Positions 1 to 9,537 of a DNA stretch of 64,000 bases are shown here, one piece after another. Positions within the stretch are counted from its first letter, which is position 1. Every line of letters begins with the position of its first letter. Below the pieces are notes generated by a model. It did no database searches. It was not told the origin of the DNA and was given only the letters and a program-made list of their open reading frames with translations. The DNA is taken from positions 174,642-238,641 of the forward strand of contig JBEKOU010000003.1 in assembly GCA_049521435.1 (NCBI GenBank). Reading direction: 5' to 3'. This DNA comes from Candidatus Dormibacteria bacterium. Its GTDB lineage: Bacteria > Chloroflexota > Dormibacteria > Aeolococcales > Aeolococcaceae. A program made the translations under genes and the position numbers.

Positions 1-269
1 CCGCTCCCCAGATCTTCGCCGCCGCCCTGGACGCCCTGGGCGTCGAGGCGAGCCGCTGCGCAATGGTCGGAGACCGCCGCCGCGAGGACATCGGCGGTGC
101 CCGCGCCGCGGGGATGGCGACCATCCGGACCCGCGAGCATCGGGATGACCCCGGACCGGGCGACGCGGACGCGGTGATCGATCGGCTCGCCGACCTGGTC
201 GAATTCCTCTTCCCGTCACAGAATGGGGCCAACCGTGGTAGCGTCGTTGGCGACGACACATCCCGTTGA
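1..269 (+). CDS. HAD-family hydrolase, C-terminal fragment (5' end lies outside the window)
   Basis: Open frame with no stop from nt 3, continuing into the 63..269 ORF. The motif 'FAAALDALGVEASRCAMVGDRRREDIGGARAAGMATI' resembles the C-terminal motif-III region of HAD phosphatases (GD followed by D, then AGM). Confidence 0.4.
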   Translation, partial: APQIFAAALDALGVEASRCAMVGDRRREDIGGARAAGMATIRTREHRDDPGPGDADAVIDRLADLVEFLFPSQNGANRGSVVGDDTSR

Positions 270-294
270 CCCGAGAAATGAAGCAGGAAGCGAG

Positions 295-567
295 ATGATG
301 GATGCCGCCTTCCGGGATTACCTGATCGAGAGATGTCGCCTGCGCGGCATCTCGCTCCACCGTCTTGCGCTGCTCTGTGACCTCAATCAGATCTACTTCT
401 ACCAGGCGGTGAACAAGAACAAGGACAACCCCCCGCCGTGGGTGCTCCGCCGGGCCGCCCCTCACCTGGGTGTCGGCTACGCCGAGCTGCTGGTTGCGGC
501 GGGCTACCTCACCGAGGACGACATCCGGGAGTTCGCGGCCGGCCGGCCGTTGGGCTCCATCGCCTGA
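295..567 (+). CDS. small XRE-like helix-turn-helix (HTH) DNA-binding protein
   Basis: ATG at 295 (MMDAAF...) inside ORF 223..567. The segment 'ISLHRLALLCDLNQIYFYQAVNKNK...LGVGYAELLVAAGYL' fits an HTH_XRE-like fold. It lies directly upstream of dinB. Confidence 0.45.
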   Translation: MMDAAFRDYLIERCRLRGISLHRLALLCDLNQIYFYQAVNKNKDNPPPWVLRRAAPHLGVGYAELLVAAGYLTEDDIREFAAGRPLGSIA

Positions 568-643
568 CCGCCCTTCGGGGGACGGCCCGGGTTCCCCGAA
601 AGCGGTCCACCCGCCGGGGACGCTCGCGCGACAGAATCGCCTC

Positions 644-1852
644 ATGGGCTGGGTGCGGGCGATCATCCACCTCGACCTCGACGCCTTCTACGCGTCGGTG
701 GAGCAGGAGCGGCGTCCTGAGCTGCGCGGCCGCCCGGTGATCGTCGGAGGGGGAGGCGACGGGCGCACCGCCCGTGCCGTCGTCTCCGCGGCCTCGTACG
801 AGGCGCGCCGCTACGGGGTGCATTCCGCGATGCCGCTGGGGCGGGCGATCCGCCTCTGCCCCACGGCCGCCGTGCTTCCCGTCGACTTTCCCGCGTACCG
901 CCAGGCATCGGCCCGGATCTTTGCCCTGGCACGGGCCCTGACCCCGCTGGTCGAACCCCTCTCCCTGGATGAGGCGTACCTGGACGTGACCGCCACCCCG
1001 GGCGCCCCCGAGGAGATGGCCGCCCATCTCCGCGACCAGATCCTGGCGGCGACGGGGCTCCACGCAAGCTTCGGGATCGCCACCTCGAAGACCGTCGCCA
1101 AGATCGCCTCCGACCTGCGCAAGCCGCGGGGGTTCGTCGTGGTCCGCCCCGGCGAGGAGGCGGCATTCCTCGGGCCTCTACCACTCCGCACCCTCCCCGG
1201 GCTGGGGCCGGCAACCGCGAGCACGCTCGCCGGGCTGGGCCTTCGCACCCTGGGCGAGCTCGCCGGGCATCCTGCGGCACTGCTCGAGCGGCGCCTGGGC
1301 AAGGCCGCCGCCCACTCCCTGACCCGCCGCGCCCAGGGAATCGACACGTCCCCGGTGACGCCCCCGAGCTCCACGAAGTCGATCTCCCGCGAGGAAACCT
1401 ACGATCGGGACGTGGTCGACGCCGCCCAGCTCCGGGACCGCGTCCGCCATCTCTCCGCCGACGTCGGGAAACGGTTGCGCGCCGCGGGGCTGAGCGCCCG
1501 GACCGTCAGCCTCAAGATCCGCTACGCCGACTTCACCTCGCTGACGCGGCAGCGCTCCCTGGATGGGGGAAGCGACAGCGACCGGGCCATCACCTCCGGC
1601 GCCGTTGCGCTCCTGGCGGCGGCCCATGAACCGGACCGGCCGGTCCGGCTTCTCGGGGTCGGCGTCCACAACCTGGAGAACGCGGCTCAGCTGGACCTCT
1701 TCAGTGCGCCGCGCGCGGCCCGTGAACGCCGCCTCGACGCCACTCTCGACGCTCTCCAGCGCCGTTTCGGCCCGGGCGCGGTCCACCGCGGTGCACCCTC
1801 CCCCGAGCTGCGCGACCTCGATTGGCGGCACGAGGATCTCCGCGAGCCCTGA
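644..1852 (+). CDS. dinB: DNA polymerase IV (Y-family translesion polymerase)
   Basis: Internal ATG at 644 gives 'MGWVRAIIHLDLDAFYASVEQ...RPVIVGG', the canonical DinB N-terminus. The ORF 470..1852 has the same frame and stop. Confidence 0.9.
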   Translation: MGWVRAIIHLDLDAFYASVEQERRPELRGRPVIVGGGGDGRTARAVVSAASYEARRYGVHSAMPLGRAIRLCPTAAVLPVDFPAYRQASARIFALARALTPLVEPLSLDEAYLDVTATPGAPEEMAAHLRDQILAATGLHASFGIATSKTVAKIASDLRKPRGFVVVRPGEEAAFLGPLPLRTLPGLGPATASTLAGLGLRTLGELAGHPAALLERRLGKAAAHSLTRRAQGIDTSPVTPPSSTKSISREETYDRDVVDAAQLRDRVRHLSADVGKRLRAAGLSARTVSLKIRYADFTSLTRQRSLDGGSDSDRAITSGAVALLAAAHEPDRPVRLLGVGVHNLENAAQLDLFSAPRAARERRLDATLDALQRRFGPGAVHRGAPSPELRDLDWRHEDLREP

Positions 1853-1864
1853 GGCGGGCCCGCC
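1853..1864. terminator. 12-nt perfect GC palindrome GGCGGGCCCGCC in the 26-bp gap between convergent dinB and the sigma-like gene
   Basis: Seen directly in the sequence. A possible bidirectional terminator hairpin, but no U-tract follows it. Confidence 0.25.
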
Positions 1865-1878
1865 CCGTGGGAGCGGCC

Positions 1879-2487
1879 CTACTCCTGCTCCCCGGCGCCG
1901 TCCTCCCCGTCGTCACCGTCCTCGGCGTCGTCCAGGTACTGGACGATGTCGGAATCGAACTCGGTGCGGGCGCTGTCCAGTATCCCGGAGATCAGCTCGA
2001 CCCGCTCGGGGGACCAGAGGAGCACGGCCGCCAGCTCAGTCCCGGTGGGCTCCCGGCCGGTCTGCCGGCGAAGCGCCACCCGCGCCACGTCGAGCAGGCG
2101 GGTGTCCTCGACCAGCTCCGCGGCCTCGGCAACCGCGGCGTCGTGCTCCTCGATGACGCGGTCGAGATGACGGCTCACGACGCGCCGGACGTAAGCGACA
2201 AGTCCGGCGGGGGCACCCTTGCGCTCGACGTACTCCTCGACGGCCACCAGCGCAGCCAGCGAGCCCTCCTGGAAGAGGTCGAGGACCTCCACGCCGCGGT
2301 TTCGGTGGACCACCGCCTCGGCGAGCACGGGCCCCAGCGAGTGCTCGACCAGGGCGGCATGAGCGTCCCTATTGCCGTCGGCAGCGGCGGCTATCAGAGC
2401 CTCCACGGCCTCCGCGGAGAGCTTGGGATGCGCACGCACCCGGGCCGAGAGAGCGTCGAGCTCGGTGTCGTCGTCCGCCACGCTCAT
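1879..2487 (-). CDS. sigma-70-family-like protein with region 2/3 similarity, no recognisable region 4, and an acidic C-terminal tail
   Basis: Start refined to ATG at 2487 (MSVADDD...). The segment 'RNRGVEVLDLFQEGSLAALVAVEEYVERKG...YVRRVVSRHL' matches the sigma-70 region-2 helix pattern (LDLIQEGNxGLMKAVEKFD). The protein ends 'DDAEDGDDGEDGAGEQE'. Confidence 0.5.
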   Translation of the reverse strand: MSVADDDTELDALSARVRAHPKLSAEAVEALIAAAADGNRDAHAALVEHSLGPVLAEAVVHRNRGVEVLDLFQEGSLAALVAVEEYVERKGAPAGLVAYVRRVVSRHLDRVIEEHDAAVAEAAELVEDTRLLDVARVALRRQTGREPTGTELAAVLLWSPERVELISGILDSARTEFDSDIVQYLDDAEDGDDGEDGAGEQE

Positions 2488-2536
2488 GAGGTGGTCAGCA
2501 CCCCACCGAGAGGGACGGTTCCGCCATGACCCGGGC

Positions 2537-3031
2537 TCAAACGGCGGCCGACGTCTTGCGGCCGAATTGCGCCGCAAAGTGCTCGACCGACCGGCACACC
2601 TCCCGACGCGCCGCTCCCGCGCTGGCCCGCTCGATGGCGCGGCCGGTGAGGCCGTTGCCGACCGAGTAGCGCGCTGTGAGCAGGACCCTGCAGCCGCCAC
2701 TCACCCGGCGCACGGTGCCGGTGATGGTCAGGTCGAGACCGTCCTCCAGGGTCACGACGGTCCGCTCCGGGCGGATCGCCTCGGTGCACACCAGCACCCC
2801 GCGGAGGTGGCGGCCGGAGATGCTCGCCTCGACCTCATAGCGGGCGCCGACCCCCTGGGCCGGGCCGCCGATGTGGACCAGGCTCTTCACGCCGGGCAGC
2901 CAGTCGGCGTGCTCCAGGTCGGAGAGGGCTGCGTACGCCTCCTCTCTCCCGACCGGCACAGTGACGTCGGCGCTCGCCTCGATCACACGTGAGACCGTCG
3001 AGAGCTCGGGGATGCCATGGCTGGCCTCCAC
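2537..3031 (-). CDS. SRPBCC (polyketide-cyclase / START-like) family protein
   Basis: A 164-aa protein. 'VSRVIEASADVTVPVGREEAYAALSDLEHADWLPGV' is typical of an SRPBCC N-terminus. GTG start at 3031. Confidence 0.55.
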   Translation of the reverse strand: MEASHGIPELSTVSRVIEASADVTVPVGREEAYAALSDLEHADWLPGVKSLVHIGGPAQGVGARYEVEASISGRHLRGVLVCTEAIRPERTVVTLEDGLDLTITGTVRRVSGGCRVLLTARYSVGNGLTGRAIERASAGAARREVCRSVEHFAAQFGRKTSAAV

Positions 3032-3144
3032 CGTACCACCGGGCGGACGCGGCCGGCGCCCGGCAGTGCACCGACTCTCCGTCGCACCGTCACCCCACCG
3101 TCGCGAGAAGACGGCGGCGGTCAGGTAGTGTCGGCGCGAAGCGA

Positions 3145-4983
3145 ATGAACGTTGGCGCCGCCCTGGTCACCGCACTGGTCCTCCTCGCCCTGCTGACGGC
3201 CTGCGCCGCCGTGGTGCGCCAGTCCCGGCGCGATCGGAGCCGGGCGGAGGAGCGGGCCGCCGACCTGAACGCGTCCGCGACCCGGCTCCGCGCGGTTGCG
3301 GATGCCGTGACCGAGGCCATCCTCATTCTGGACGGCGAAGGTCAGGTGACCCTGGCCAACCGGGCGGCCCACCGGCTCTTCGGCGCGACGGACGGCACCC
3401 TCACCGGCTGCCACGTCGAGCAGCTGCTTCCCGCCTTCCGGCCGGGTGCCTCCGATCTCCCCATGGGGGGGAGCGGCCCGGGCCAGGCGGAGGTGGCGGC
3501 GTTTCGGCGCGACGCGACCGGCTTCTCGGCGCAGGTCGACAGCCGCCTCGTCGCCGAGGGCGAGGGTCGGATCGTCGTCGTGCGCGACATGTCCGAGGTC
3601 CGCGCCCAGTCCGCGGCGCTGCTTCACCAGACGCTCCACGACAGCCTGACGGGGCTTCCCAATGACCGGCAGTTCCAGGAGGCGCTCCTCGCCCGCCTGG
3701 AGGTCGCCGCCGCCCGGCGGGCGCCGTTCAGCGTCTTCCTCCTCGACCTGGATCGCTTCGCGGAGGTCAACGAAGGTCTTGGCCATGGCGTCGGAGACCG
3801 CCTCCTGGTGGCCGTCGCCGAGCGGCTCCGCCGGACCCTCCGAGCCACCGACGTCGTGGCGCGGCTGGGCGGGGACGACTTCGCGATCATCCCGGGAGGC
3901 AGCGCCACCCCGGCGGCAAGCGCACGGATCGCCCGCCAGGTGCTCGCCGCCTTCAAGGAGCCGGTGGCCGTCGATGCGCACTCCCTCGAGGCCGGGATCA
4001 GCATCGGCATCGCCAATTACCCCGATCACGGCGGCGACGCGCAGACCCTGATGGCCAGTGCGGAGATCGCCCGCCGGGCGGCCAAACAGGCGCGCCGAGG
4101 GTGGCGGGTGTACACGCCCGCGGACGGCACATCCGAGATCGAGGACCGGGCGGTGCGCCTTGCGGAGCTGCGCAGGGCCATCGACAACCAGGAGCTGGAG
4201 CTCTTCTACCAGCCGGTGGTGCGCCTCGCCGACTCGGCGCTGCTCGCCCTGGACGCGACCGTGCGCTGGCGCCACCAGCGGCACGGCCTGCTCACCCCGG
4301 ACCAATTCGTCCCGGCCGCGGAGGAGACCGAGATCATCCGGCCCCTCACCCGCTGCGTGCTGGGGCTGGCCATCGAGCAGCAGGCGCACTGGCGGGGTGA
4401 GGGTCACGCGCTGCGGGTCAACGTCAAGATCGCCGGTCGCAACGTCCAGGACCGCCAGCTCCCGCGCGCGGTGAGCGGTCTGCTGGAGCGGTGGGGAGTG
4501 CCGCCGGCATCCCTCTCGATCACGGTCGACGAGAACACCACGCTCTCGATGGAGGCGCCGGTGCTGCAGTCCCTGGCCAAGATGGGGGTCGGTGTGGCAC
4601 TGGACGACTACGGGTCCGACTCCACCTCGCTGCTCCGCCTCCGCGCCCTGCCCTTCACCGAGCTGCGGCTGGACGTCTCGCTGGTCGCCTCGGCGCACCG
4701 CGAGGGAGTGGAGGCTGCGGCGGTGCGCGGGATCGTCGAGCTGGCCCACGCCCTCAACCTCACCGTCATCGCCGCCGGGATCGACGACGAGGCGGCCCGC
4801 ACCTCGATCCAGCGACTCGGATGCGATGCCGCCGAGGGGCGTCTGTGGGGCGATCCGGTCCCATCGGGCGCGGTGATCCCGTTGCTTCGCCTGCTGGCCC
4901 GGCAGTCGCGCTTCCCGGGTCTCAGCCGGTACCGCCCGGGATCGCCTCCCCCACCCCGGACGGAGCCCGCCGAGACGGGCTGA
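3145..4983 (+). CDS. membrane-anchored PAS–GGDEF–EAL c-di-GMP signalling protein
   Basis: ATG at 3145 gives an N-terminal transmembrane (TM) helix (MNVGAALVTALVLLALLTACAAVV). A PAS domain follows (ILILDGEGQVTLANRAAHRLFG). The GGDEF region shows 'RLGGDDFAII'. The EAL region shows 'LELFYQPVV...GVALDDYGSDSTSL...TELRLDVSLV'. Confidence 0.85.
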   Translation: MNVGAALVTALVLLALLTACAAVVRQSRRDRSRAEERAADLNASATRLRAVADAVTEAILILDGEGQVTLANRAAHRLFGATDGTLTGCHVEQLLPAFRPGASDLPMGGSGPGQAEVAAFRRDATGFSAQVDSRLVAEGEGRIVVVRDMSEVRAQSAALLHQTLHDSLTGLPNDRQFQEALLARLEVAAARRAPFSVFLLDLDRFAEVNEGLGHGVGDRLLVAVAERLRRTLRATDVVARLGGDDFAIIPGGSATPAASARIARQVLAAFKEPVAVDAHSLEAGISIGIANYPDHGGDAQTLMASAEIARRAAKQARRGWRVYTPADGTSEIEDRAVRLAELRRAIDNQELELFYQPVVRLADSALLALDATVRWRHQRHGLLTPDQFVPAAEETEIIRPLTRCVLGLAIEQQAHWRGEGHALRVNVKIAGRNVQDRQLPRAVSGLLERWGVPPASLSITVDENTTLSMEAPVLQSLAKMGVGVALDDYGSDSTSLLRLRALPFTELRLDVSLVASAHREGVEAAAVRGIVELAHALNLTVIAAGIDDEAARTSIQRLGCDAAEGRLWGDPVPSGAVIPLLRLLARQSRFPGLSRYRPGSPPPPRTEPAETG

Positions 4984-5022
4984 CCCCGGGCCGCATCACC
5001 CGGTCGACTAGACTCCGCCGCC

Positions 5023-6303
5023 ATGGCCACAGAGCTTGGAATCGCGCTGCTCGGCGCGGGGACGGTCGGTGCGACGGTCGCCCGAGAGCTCGAGGTGCAT
5101 GCCGATCGCCTGGCAGCCCGGAGCGGCGGCCTGCTGGTGCTGCGTCACGTCGCGGAGCGGGAGACGGACCGAACTCGCGGGCTGGCCGCTCGCGGGGTGA
5201 CCATCCACGCCGACGCCGACGCGGCGGTGGCCGCACCTGACGTGGACATCGTGGTGGAGCTGCTGGGAGGTCTGGAGCCGGCCGGCACCCTGCTCCGCTC
5301 AGCCCTGGAGCGGGGAGTGGGTGTCGTGACCGCCAACAAGGCGGTCATCGCCACCGCCGGCCACCGCCTGGTGGCGGCTGTCCGGCCCAGGAGCGGTGGG
5401 CTGGCGTTCGAGGCGGCAGTCGGCGCCGCCATCCCGGTTCTCGCGGTGCTCCGCGACTCGTTGCGGGGCGACATGATCCAGCGGATGACCGCGGTGATCA
5501 ACGGAACCACCAACCACATCCTGGGGCGGCTGGAGGCGGGGGACGACTTTGACCGCGCCGTGGCCGACGCCCAGAAGCGCGGATACGCAGAGGCCAACCC
5601 GACGAACGACCTCGATGGCCACGACGCCGCCCAGAAGCTCTGCATCCTCGCCTGGTTCGCGATGGGCGCGGAGGTTCACCCAGATCAGGTCCAGCGGCGC
5701 GGCATCCGTGACATCGATCCCAGCGACGTCGTGGCGGCAGCCCGGCTCGGGTCGGTGATCCGTCTCGTGGCTCGCGCCGAGCGTTCCGAGACAGGGTTGG
5801 CTCTGTCGGTCCAGCCGACCCTGCTGCCGCGTTCTGGCCACCCCCTGAGCGACCTGGAGGGAGCCGACAACGCTGTCGTCGTCGAGAGCGATCTGGCCGG
5901 GCGTCTCGTCCTGCGGGGGCGGGGGGCCGGGGCGGAGGCCGCTGCCAGCGCGGTGCTCAGCGACATCGTGGCAGTGGCCCGGGCGCGCCGCGCAGGCCGC
6001 GAGGTGCCCCAGCCGATGGCCGCGCCGGTTCCGGTACTCGACGGGGAGTCGGCCCAGACAGCTGCATGGCTGCGGGTGAAGGTGGATGGCAGCCCGGACG
6101 CACGTGAAGTGGTTGCCGAGACACTCACGCGCGGAGGAGTCGTGGTGGAGCAGATCAGCCCCGCGGGTACCGGCGACGAGCTGGCGGTGCTGGTCAGCCG
6201 GACGGCCCGGGCCACGCTGGCCCGAAGCCTGACGGCCCTGCAGGGCCCCGGGCTGCCGGCGAGGATCGTGCAACAGCTCGATCGCCTGGGGGTCATGGCG
6301 TGA
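5023..6303 (+). CDS. hom: homoserine dehydrogenase
   Basis: 'IALLGAGTVGATVARELE...VVTANKAVIATAGHRL', with a C-terminal ACT-like region. Confidence 0.9.
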   Translation: MATELGIALLGAGTVGATVARELEVHADRLAARSGGLLVLRHVAERETDRTRGLAARGVTIHADADAAVAAPDVDIVVELLGGLEPAGTLLRSALERGVGVVTANKAVIATAGHRLVAAVRPRSGGLAFEAAVGAAIPVLAVLRDSLRGDMIQRMTAVINGTTNHILGRLEAGDDFDRAVADAQKRGYAEANPTNDLDGHDAAQKLCILAWFAMGAEVHPDQVQRRGIRDIDPSDVVAAARLGSVIRLVARAERSETGLALSVQPTLLPRSGHPLSDLEGADNAVVVESDLAGRLVLRGRGAGAEAAASAVLSDIVAVARARRAGREVPQPMAAPVPVLDGESAQTAAWLRVKVDGSPDAREVVAETLTRGGVVVEQISPAGTGDELAVLVSRTARATLARSLTALQGPGLPARIVQQLDRLGVMA

Positions 6304-7367
6304 CGGGCGGCGGCCCCCGCGGTGCGGGCGTGATCCAGCGCTACGCGGAGCATCTGCCGCTCACCGCCAGCACCCCGCGGATCACCCTCGGCGAGGGGGG
6401 GACGCCGCTCATCGAGTCGCGCCGCATCGGCGTCGACCTGGGGATGCGCTCCCTCCACTTCAAGTTCGAGGGCCTCAACCCGACCGGCTCCTTCAAGGAC
6501 CGGGGGATGGTGGTCGCGGTGGCGAAGGCGCTGGAGAGCGGGAGCCGCGCGATCATCTGCGCCTCCACCGGCAACACGAGCGCCTCGGCGGCCGCATACG
6601 GAGCGCGGTTTGGGTTGCGCACCGTGGTCGTGGTACCAGCCGGGAAGATAGCCATCGGCAAGCTGGTCCAGGCCCAGGTGTTCGGTGCAACGGTGCTCAT
6701 CATCGAGGGCAACTTCGACGAGGCACTGCGGTCGGTGCGGCAGCTCGCCGACACCCACCCCGTGACCTTGGTCAACAGTGTCAACCCCCATCGGATCGAG
6801 GGTCAGAAGACGGCCGCCTTCGAGATCGTGGACGAGCTGGGCGACGCCCCTGACATCCTGGCGATCCCGGTCGGCAACGCCGGCAACATCACCGCCTACT
6901 GGCGCGGCTTCCGGGAGTATCGGGAGGCAGGCCGGGCGACCCAGCTGCCCCGGATGATCGGCGGTCAGGCGGAGGGGGCGGCGCCCCTGGTGCTCGGCAC
7001 ACCGGTCGCCAACCCCCAAACCTTCGCCACCGCCATCCGAATCGGCAACCCGGCATCCTGGGCCAGCGCTGTGGCCGCCCGCGACGAGTCGGAGGGATTG
7101 ATCGACTCGGTGACAGACGCCGAGATCGCCACCGCGCAGCGGGACCTGGCGGCGGTCGAGGGCATCTTCTGCGAGCCGGCGTCGGCCGCGTCGCTCGCCG
7201 TGCTGCGCAAGGCGGTCAAGGACGGCGCCGTGGCGCGCGGATCGCGGGTGGTCTGTGTCCTCACCGGGAACGGGCTCAAGGACCTCCCCGCGGTGAGCGA
7301 CGGGCTGCCTCCGCCCCAGTCGGTGACCGGGACCCCGGCCAGCATCGCTGCCGCCATCGGGCTCTGA
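6300..7367 (+). CDS. thrC: threonine synthase
   Basis: 'HFKFEGLNPTGSFKDRGMVVAVAKALESGSRAIICASTGNTSASAAAYGARFGL', a PLP fold-II threonine synthase. The GTG at 6300 overlaps the hom stop. Confidence 0.9.
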   Translation: MTGGGPRGAGVIQRYAEHLPLTASTPRITLGEGGTPLIESRRIGVDLGMRSLHFKFEGLNPTGSFKDRGMVVAVAKALESGSRAIICASTGNTSASAAAYGARFGLRTVVVVPAGKIAIGKLVQAQVFGATVLIIEGNFDEALRSVRQLADTHPVTLVNSVNPHRIEGQKTAAFEIVDELGDAPDILAIPVGNAGNITAYWRGFREYREAGRATQLPRMIGGQAEGAAPLVLGTPVANPQTFATAIRIGNPASWASAVAARDESEGLIDSVTDAEIATAQRDLAAVEGIFCEPASAASLAVLRKAVKDGAVARGSRVVCVLTGNGLKDLPAVSDGLPPPQSVTGTPASIAAAIGL

Positions 7368-7379
7368 CCCCAGCCCGAC

Positions 7380-8279
7380 ATGCACGTCACCATCCGAGTC
7401 CCTGCGACCGTCGCCAACCTGGGGCCTGGCTTCGACATCCTGGCCCTGGCGGTGCAGCTCCAGAACGAGATCGAGGTGTGGTCCGAGCCCGAGGATGGGA
7501 CAAGCATCGATCCCGGTCCGGGGTTTCCCGAGGAGCTCAGGGACCCCGCCCGCAACCTGATCACCCGGGCCTTGGTCGCGGCCTGTGCGGCAGGCCGGGT
7601 CGAACCCCCGTGCGCCCGCATCACGTGCCGCAACGCCATCCCCTTTGGCCGCGGGCTCGGCTCCAGTGCCGCTGCCGCAGTCAGCGGGGTGCTCGCGGCC
7701 AGCGCGCTGGCCAACCTGGGCTGGGACGAGCAACAGGTCATCGCCCAGGCCGCTCGGATCGACGGGCATCCCGACAACGTCGCCGCTGCGATGCTCGGGG
7801 GCATGGTGGTCTGCGTGCGCGACGGGCCGGTGGTCCAGGTGCCTTTACCCGACGACCTGCGCGCCGTCCTCTTCATCCCCGACGGGGAGATGAGCACCGA
7901 GGCCGCCCGCCGGGTGGTGCCCCACACCTACAGCCGGGAGGAGGCCATCTACAACGCCTCCCGCTGTGCTCTGCTGGTCACCGCGATGCTGACCGGCCGG
8001 CTCGAGCTTCTGGGCGAGGCGATGCGGGACCGCTGGCACCAGCCCGCTCGCAGCGAGCTGATGCCCCACGTCCCCCTGCTGATCGAGGCAGCGCTGGCGG
8101 CTGGGGCGCACGGGGCGTGCCTCGCCGGCGCCGGGCCATCGGTCCTCGCCCTCTGCACCGGAGAGACCGAGGCGGTCGCATCCGCGATGACGGCAGCCGC
8201 GCGGCTCGCCGAGGTTGAGGGCCACCCGGTCACCCACCCGATCCGCAACTTCGGCGCCCGAGTGGATCTGGCCCCGTGA
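7380..8279 (+). CDS. thrB: homoserine kinase
   Basis: 'MHVTIRVPATVANLGPGFDILALAV...PFGRGLGSSAAAAVSGV', a GHMP kinase. Confidence 0.9.
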   Translation: MHVTIRVPATVANLGPGFDILALAVQLQNEIEVWSEPEDGTSIDPGPGFPEELRDPARNLITRALVAACAAGRVEPPCARITCRNAIPFGRGLGSSAAAAVSGVLAASALANLGWDEQQVIAQAARIDGHPDNVAAAMLGGMVVCVRDGPVVQVPLPDDLRAVLFIPDGEMSTEAARRVVPHTYSREEAIYNASRCALLVTAMLTGRLELLGEAMRDRWHQPARSELMPHVPLLIEAALAAGAHGACLAGAGPSVLALCTGETEAVASAMTAAARLAEVEGHPVTHPIRNFGARVDLAP

Positions 8280-8298
8280 TCGCAGGAGCGACTCCGCC

Positions 8299-9531
8299 AT
8301 GACCGACACGTCCCGGCAGTGCATCGTCCAGAAGTTCGGCGGCAGCAGCGTCGCCAGCGCCGAGCTGATCCAGCGTGTGGCCCGGCGGATCGCCGCCACC
8401 CGCGCGGAGGGCGTCCGGGTGGTGGCCGTGGTCAGCGCCATGGGTGACAGCACCGACGAGCTGATCAGCCTGGCCCACAAGGTCAACCCGGCCCCCCCGA
8501 GCCGGGAGATGGACCAGCTCCTCTCCACCGGGGAGACCATCACCGCGCCCCTGATGGCGATGGCGCTGGAGCGGCTGGGGGTCCCGGCGATCTCCCTGAC
8601 CGGGTTGCAGGCGGGGATCCGGACGAGCAGCGTCCACCGCAGCGCGCGAATCGTCGACATCGTCCCCCAGCGCATCATCGACGAGCTGGCGCGGGGCAAG
8701 GTGGTGGTGGTGGCCGGCTTCCAGGGCGTCGACGAGGCCCTGGACATCACCACCCTCGGGAGAGGCGGCACCGACACGACAGCGGTCGCTCTGGCGGTGG
8801 AGCTGAGCGCCGAGCGCTGCGAGATCTACACCGATGTGGCCGGTGTGTACACCGCCGATCCCCGGGTCGAGCCGCGGGCTCGGCTCATCCCCGAGATCGC
8901 GTACCAGGAGATGCTGGAGTTCGCGGCCGTGGGAGCCAAGGTCATGCACCCCCGCGCGGTCGAGATCGGGGAGACCTACTCGATGCCGATCGTGGTGCGC
9001 TCGACCTTCGAGGACCAGCCGGGTACCCTCATCTGTCAGCATCCTGCCATGGAAGATCGCCAGAAGATTCGGGGCATCGCCCACGACAGCGGCGTTGCCA
9101 AGGTCATCCTGACCCGCGTGCCCGACCGGCCGGGGATCGCCGCCGCCGTGTTCGGCGCCATCGGCAGGGCCGGCATCAATGTGGACATCATCGTCCAGAA
9201 CGTGAGCCACGACGGCTTCACGGACCTCTCCTTCACCATCGCGGAGGAGGACCTGTCCCGGTCCCGGCCAGTGCTCGACGAGGTGGCCCGAGACGTCCAG
9301 GCCGAGCAGGTGGTGGCCGACACCGGCATCGCCACCGTATCGGTGGTGGGCACCGCCTTCCTGGGCACGCCGGGTATGTTCGCCCGTATCTTCGACGCCC
9401 TCTCGGCCCAGGGGATCAACGTGGAGCAGATCACCACCAGCCAGATCCACGTCACCGTGATCATCGCCCGCGACCGGGTCGCCGATGCGGTGCGAGCGCT
9501 GCACGCGGAGTTTGAGCTGGAGCACGACTAG
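8299..9531 (+). CDS. lysC: aspartate kinase
   Basis: ATG at 8299 (MTDTSRQCIVQKFGGSSVASAE...). C-terminal tandem ACT domains. Confidence 0.9.
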   Translation: MTDTSRQCIVQKFGGSSVASAELIQRVARRIAATRAEGVRVVAVVSAMGDSTDELISLAHKVNPAPPSREMDQLLSTGETITAPLMAMALERLGVPAISLTGLQAGIRTSSVHRSARIVDIVPQRIIDELARGKVVVVAGFQGVDEALDITTLGRGGTDTTAVALAVELSAERCEIYTDVAGVYTADPRVEPRARLIPEIAYQEMLEFAAVGAKVMHPRAVEIGETYSMPIVVRSTFEDQPGTLICQHPAMEDRQKIRGIAHDSGVAKVILTRVPDRPGIAAAVFGAIGRAGINVDIIVQNVSHDGFTDLSFTIAEEDLSRSRPVLDEVARDVQAEQVVADTGIATVSVVGTAFLGTPGMFARIFDALSAQGINVEQITTSQIHVTVIIARDRVADAVRALHAEFELEHD

Positions 9532-9537
9532 CCGCTC

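Noticed and set aside
567-644. Searched for an SOS/LexA box (TCGAAC-N4-GTTCGA type) upstream of dinB and recQ.
   Set aside because: No match by eye. dinB may be regulated by the adjacent HTH protein, or it may not be under SOS control here.
3121-4749. Long antisense ORFs in the track that overlap well-supported genes. Examples are 3121..4749(-), 5685..7769(-), 8230..10728(-), 12885..14468(-), 30256..32352(-), 35778..38372(-) and 16750..18237(-).
   Set aside because: Their products are Arg/Pro/Gly-rich and low-complexity. This is typical of stop-codon-poor alternative frames in roughly 72% GC DNA. Each is mirrored by a gene on the opposite strand with clear family-level motifs.
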